Positions 59,785-64,000 of a stretch of DNA of 64,000 nt are shown piece after piece. The notes beneath the pieces are model-generated. The model saw nothing but the letters and a program-made list of their open reading frames with translations, searched no databases and had not been told where the DNA came from. The position numbers and the translations under genes are program-made. The first letter of the stretch is position 1, and every line of letters begins with the position of its first letter. The stretch comes from Escherichia coli (GTDB lineage Bacteria; Pseudomonadota; Gammaproteobacteria; Enterobacterales; Enterobacteriaceae), in NCBI RefSeq assembly GCF_017348835.2, contig NZ_CP071375.1. One strand, written 5' to 3'.

Positions 59785-62162
59785 GCTTTCTCAACCTCCA
59801 CCAGCATTGTTTGATGTGAATTCCCTTTCGCCAGCGCCGTAATGCGGGTCGAACTCAGTACATTGGCGCAGCCTCCGCGATCAATACCTTGTGCATCCGG
59901 TTGCCACCATGCCCCCGCCTGCATAGCAACTACGCCAGGGATGATACGGGGGGTTATTTCCACCGGGATAATGCTCACACCACGATCGTTATAAATTTTT
60001 ACGCTATCTCCTTCGACAATCCCGCGCTGTTTTGCATCTTGCGGATTCAGCCAGAGTTTTTGCGTCTGAACTTCTTGCAGCCACGGGTTAGCATACTGGG
60101 TGGAATTAGCACGGTTTTTCCCTTTCCAGGTGATGAGCTGCAACGGGTATTTCGCCGTCAGTTTATCTTCTGGCCCTTCAAAGGCAGGGACATAGTGCGA
60201 AAGCGCGGGAATTTCTGGATCTTGCATATCAAAAAGACGCTTAGAGAAGATCTCAATTTTGCCGGAAGGCGTCGGGAAAGGATTATTCTGCGGATCGCGA
60301 ATATTTGCTTCGAAAGCGATGTGCGGCGCGCTTTTGAAAAGATGTCGACGTGTTTTTTGCAGGGTCGCGAAGTCCGGCAAATTTTCATCCGGCATCGCCA
60401 GACGAGTTTGCTCCCAGATATGCTCGATCCATTGCTTCTCATCACGTCCTTGACTGAACTCGGCTTCGACACCCAGTTTTTTCGCCACGTCACGCAACCA
60501 GTCATAATCGGTGCGACGTTCAAACTCCGGCTCAATCAGTTTTTCTGACAGAATGAGATAGCTCGCCGTTCCCCATGTTTCGCCGATATTCCAGCGTTCC
60601 ATAAAGCTGGTTTCCGGCAGCAACACATCGGCATATTTCGCGCTCGGAGTCATGAACAGATCGCTGAGTACGATGAATTCTATTTTAGATTCGTCTTCAA
60701 GGAGCTTCGCGGCCTGGTGGACGTCCGGGTTCTGGTTCGCCAGATAATTACCTGCCAGTGAGAACAGCAGGCGGATATTACTGTCGAGTTTATCGACACC
60801 TTTAAGCCCATCTTGTGGCGTAACTTTAGAAGCATCATCCGCCGCCTGCATCCAGTTCATAATCGAGATTTTCGCTTGTACCGGATTTTCTGGCATATCT
60901 GGTCCAACGCAGAATTTACGATTAGAACTACCGCCATAACCTGCCGCCCAGCCACCTTTGATGCCGACGTTACCGGTAATCGAGGCCAGTAAAGTTGAAC
61001 CTCGGGCGGTGCGTTCGCCGCAAATATGTCGCTGCGGTCCCCATCCCTGAATCAACGCTGCGGGTTTCGTGTTGGCGTAATCACGGGCCAGTTGACGAAT
61101 AGTTTGCGCTGGAACGTGGGTAATTTTTTCTGCCCATTCCGGCGTTTTGTGTATCCCATCTTTTGCGCCAAAAAGGTAGGCAACCAACGATTCGTTGGCT
61201 GGTACGCCTTCCGGCATGGAGTTTTCATCAAAACCGAGAGTATATGTGTCGATAAATGTCTTATCATGGAGATTCTCGCTGATAATGACGTACATCATCG
61301 CGTCCATCAACGCATTGTCCGTGGTCGGCAACAGCGGGATCCACTGATCGGCAAGTGAAGATACGGTGTCGGAATAGCGCGGATCCACCACGATAAAACG
61401 TGTACCGTTTTGCTTCATTTTTTGAAAATAGTAATTGGTGTGACCGAATATGGTTTCCGTTGGGTTATGCCCCCAGAGAATCACCAGTTTGGTATCCAGA
61501 AGAGTATCCATCGAGTTACCGCTCGCGGCCACGCCATACGTGTAAGGCGTGGCCGCCGCAGTATTACCCAGACTAACTGAGTGATAATATTCAAGATAAC
61601 CACCGGTTAAATTTAACAGCCGACGCGCCATCGCATCGCCAGAAAATGTTCCACCAGAAACAGCCGTCCCGACATGGACATAACGTGAAGCCGGGCCATA
61701 TTGTTGCGTGATCCTTTTCAGGTTATCGGCAATTAAGGTCGTCGCCTCATCCCATGAAATACGCTCAAATTTCCCCTCGCCCCGTTTACCGACCCGTTTC
61801 ATCGGATATTTCAGGCGGTCTGGATGATAAACAAATTTACGATAGCCGCGACCACGAACACAGGCGCGCATAATCGGCATTTGTGGATCCAATTCGTTAT
61901 CGGGAAGCGTGGTAATTTGCGTCACCACACCGTCGCACATATGCGCCCGAATATCGCACTTACCACCGCAGTCAAATGTGCTACAGGTGGGCACGACTTT
62001 ATCAGCTACTGGAGCTGTAACTTCTGGCGACGCATCTGGGGATTGCGCCTTTGCGGTAGAAGAAATAAAAGGCAAAGTGATAAGCGCGGAAGTCGCTTGT
62101 AAAAAACTACGTCGTGATACTTGCGGAAATGTAATGCGTTCCTTTTCGTCTGGCGTATCCAT
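59781..62162 (-). CDS. DMSO-reductase-family molybdopterin oxidoreductase catalytic subunit (DmsA/YnfE-like), Tat-exported
   Basis: 793-aa ORF with twin-arginine signal (SRRSFLQA) and an N-terminal Cys cluster (CSTFDCGGKC). Confidence 0.75.
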   Translation of the reverse strand: MDTPDEKERITFPQVSRRSFLQATSALITLPFISSTAKAQSPDASPEVTAPVADKVVPTCSTFDCGGKCDIRAHMCDGVVTQITTLPDNELDPQMPIMRACVRGRGYRKFVYHPDRLKYPMKRVGKRGEGKFERISWDEATTLIADNLKRITQQYGPASRYVHVGTAVSGGTFSGDAMARRLLNLTGGYLEYYHSVSLGNTAAATPYTYGVAASGNSMDTLLDTKLVILWGHNPTETIFGHTNYYFQKMKQNGTRFIVVDPRYSDTVSSLADQWIPLLPTTDNALMDAMMYVIISENLHDKTFIDTYTLGFDENSMPEGVPANESLVAYLFGAKDGIHKTPEWAEKITHVPAQTIRQLARDYANTKPAALIQGWGPQRHICGERTARGSTLLASITGNVGIKGGWAAGYGGSSNRKFCVGPDMPENPVQAKISIMNWMQAADDASKVTPQDGLKGVDKLDSNIRLLFSLAGNYLANQNPDVHQAAKLLEDESKIEFIVLSDLFMTPSAKYADVLLPETSFMERWNIGETWGTASYLILSEKLIEPEFERRTDYDWLRDVAKKLGVEAEFSQGRDEKQWIEHIWEQTRLAMPDENLPDFATLQKTRRHLFKSAPHIAFEANIRDPQNNPFPTPSGKIEIFSKRLFDMQDPEIPALSHYVPAFEGPEDKLTAKYPLQLITWKGKNRANSTQYANPWLQEVQTQKLWLNPQDAKQRGIVEGDSVKIYNDRGVSIIPVEITPRIIPGVVAMQAGAWWQPDAQGIDRGGCANVLSSTRITALAKGNSHQTMLVEVEKA

Positions 62163-62325
62163 CTTGCGTTCCCGAAAATGAAAAAATAAATATTCACGTA
62201 TTTATTCGAGAACAATGCTGATAACAATCAAATAATTAGTCGTTTAAAAAAACGTGAGATTATTAAATTATTAATGTATTCCAAATATAAATGCCATAAT
62301 TAGATTAATAAATATTTTGTATATT

Positions 62326-64000
62326 TCACTGAAATGAAAAATATACTGTCGCGATTTGCCCCACCTCATCCATCACCAGCAATTGATAATCGCCTTTATC
62401 CATCAAATGCAGGGTCACGTTGCGCCCGCGTTCAGTTAACGGTTCGCCATTCAGAAACCACCAGCGTTCACCTGCTCCTCCACTTGATTGCACCGGCAAA
62501 GTCGCTTCTGCTGCGCCCGGTAAACGTTTAATAATCGCGCCATCGCGAACGCCTGTCAGCTGCAGCGGGAGTTGTGCATGGTGACCGTATGGCGGGCAAA
62601 TTGTCGAGGCCGGTGGTAAGCGCACAGCGCGACGTTCTGATGCGGGCAACCAGGGTTCCAGCGGTAGCGGCCAGACATTTATCATTTCTTGTCGCGCTTG
62701 CGGGCAATCAGCGGCAACACGTTTGCCATTTTCATCCAGCCAGATGGGGAAACGAATGCCATTAATGCCTTCCTGCTCCGGCAGTAATAGAGTTGGCGGC
62801 TGACTCCTGTCCAGCAGCCAGGTTGCCAGGCGGCGGCGACAGTTACCGTCACCTTCCGGCAAAGACTGTCCGCCCGGCCAGCAGATAACGCCACGAGTGA
62901 CTGAGTTCGGGCGCGGGTCTTCCGGCAGATTAGCACTGCGCGACAGTAAGATATTATTGACCTGATTCAACAATGGTACGGCGCTGGCAAAACCAAACTG
63001 ACCAACAACGGGCGTGCCGTCCGGTCTGCCAGTCCAGATCCCAATGACATAGCGAGCGTTAACCCCAATCGCCCAGGCGTCACGATAGCCATAGCTGGTG
63101 CCCGTTTTCCATGCCAGTGGGGCGACGCGCGGCAAGGCACCATCCGGCAAGGGTTGCGCTTCATCAGCCATAATCCGGCGAATGATCCACGCAGCCCCCG
63201 ACGACATTAAAGGCCGTTCAAGCAGCGGATCGTCAGGCTGTAAGCGCAATTTGCCTGCCTTGCCGTGGCGAGCAAACGCGGTATACGCTGCCGCCATATC
63301 TTCCAGTTTTGCACCAGCGCCGCCGAGAATGAGCGAAAGATTCGGCGCCGCACCGTTGGGCAAATATAACGGCAATCCAACATTGCGTAACTTTGCCGCA
63401 AACCGTTTCGGTCCATAGGCTTCCAGTACCTGCACAGCAGGTAAATTCAGCGAGCGCACCAGCGCCTCGCTCATGCTGATCGGGCCATGAAAACCGCTAT
63501 CAAAGTTACCTGGTCGATAATCACCGGTGCGCCGGGGGACGTCTTGCAGCAGTGATGCCGGGTGGATCAAGCCTTCATCCAGCGCCAGACCATAAACAAA
63601 CGGTTTGAGCACCGATCCTGGCGATCGGATCGCATTGACCATATCAACATGACCAAAGCGTGAATCATCGTTGAGATCTACCGATCCCACCCAGCCGCGA
63701 ACACGCATATCGGTATGATCAACCACGATCATCGCCAGTGAGCTGCGCGGCGGCAATCGTCCTTTCCAGTTTTGCGCCAGTTCTTCCAGACGTCGCTGAA
63801 GCCCGGCATCCAGCGTAGTAACGATTTTGTCGCTTTTACTTTTACCGAGCATCATGCGCGAAAACAGCGGTGCCAGTTGCGGCATTTGTCGGGGTGCCAG
63901 CCAGATGGGTTCTTCCCTTGACTCTTTTACCTGCTCACGGGACCACACACCTTGCACGGCCATCCGTTCGAGCACTTTATTACGCGCGGCTTCGGCACGC
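62326..64000 (-). CDS. pbpC: Penicillin-binding protein 1C (PbpC), C-terminal part; 5' end beyond window
   Basis: Open frame to the window edge; transpeptidase-like and C-terminal domain sequence; position after ndk and the molybdoenzyme operon. Confidence 0.8.
   Translation of the reverse strand, partial: RAEAARNKVLERMAVQGVWSREQVKESREEPIWLAPRQMPQLAPLFSRMMLGKSKSDKIVTTLDAGLQRRLEELAQNWKGRLPPRSSLAMIVVDHTDMRVRGWVGSVDLNDDSRFGHVDMVNAIRSPGSVLKPFVYGLALDEGLIHPASLLQDVPRRTGDYRPGNFDSGFHGPISMSEALVRSLNLPAVQVLEAYGPKRFAAKLRNVGLPLYLPNGAAPNLSLILGGAGAKLEDMAAAYTAFARHGKAGKLRLQPDDPLLERPLMSSGAAWIIRRIMADEAQPLPDGALPRVAPLAWKTGTSYGYRDAWAIGVNARYVIGIWTGRPDGTPVVGQFGFASAVPLLNQVNNILLSRSANLPEDPRPNSVTRGVICWPGGQSLPEGDGNCRRRLATWLLDRSQPPTLLLPEQEGINGIRFPIWLDENGKRVAADCPQARQEMINVWPLPLEPWLPASERRAVRLPPASTICPPYGHHAQLPLQLTGVRDGAIIKRLPGAAEATLPVQSSGGAGERWWFLNGEPLTERGRNVTLHLMDKGDYQLLVMDEVGQIATVYFSFQ

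Overview
Enterobacterial (Escherichia coli-type) chromosome segment running from the hydrogenase-4 operon (hyfF to hyfR, focB) through perM, bepA, yfgD, hda, uraA, upp, purMN, ppk, ppx, pdeF, yfgG, then guaA, guaB, xseA, and on through yfgJ, der, bamB, yfgM, hisS, ispG, rodZ, rlmN, ndk to the 3' part of pbpC. Gene identities are from recall of the translated ORFs; no search was run. Three accessory blocks interrupt this core. (1) Between yfgG and guaA lies a 1310-bp IS3-family element followed by about 9 kb of an integrative-element remnant: trbL/trbK/trbJ-like genes, a mobC-like gene, a repC-like/repA-helicase/alpA operon, two uncharacterised genes and a P4-type tyrosine integrase abutting the guaA 3' end. 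This block carries four copies of a 13-bp palindrome matching the IncP KorB operator consensus and three tandem 21-bp iteron-like repeats. The yfgH and yfgI genes expected here from the K-12 order are absent. (2) Between xseA and yfgJ sits a ratA/sinI/sinH-like adhesin island with a 2136-aa protein built of seven repeat modules. (3) Between ndk and pbpC sits a four-gene DMSO-reductase-family molybdoenzyme operon. hyfR carries an apparent -1 frameshift in a C-run that removes its C-terminal DNA-binding helix-turn-helix. No rRNA, tRNA or CRISPR array was found.
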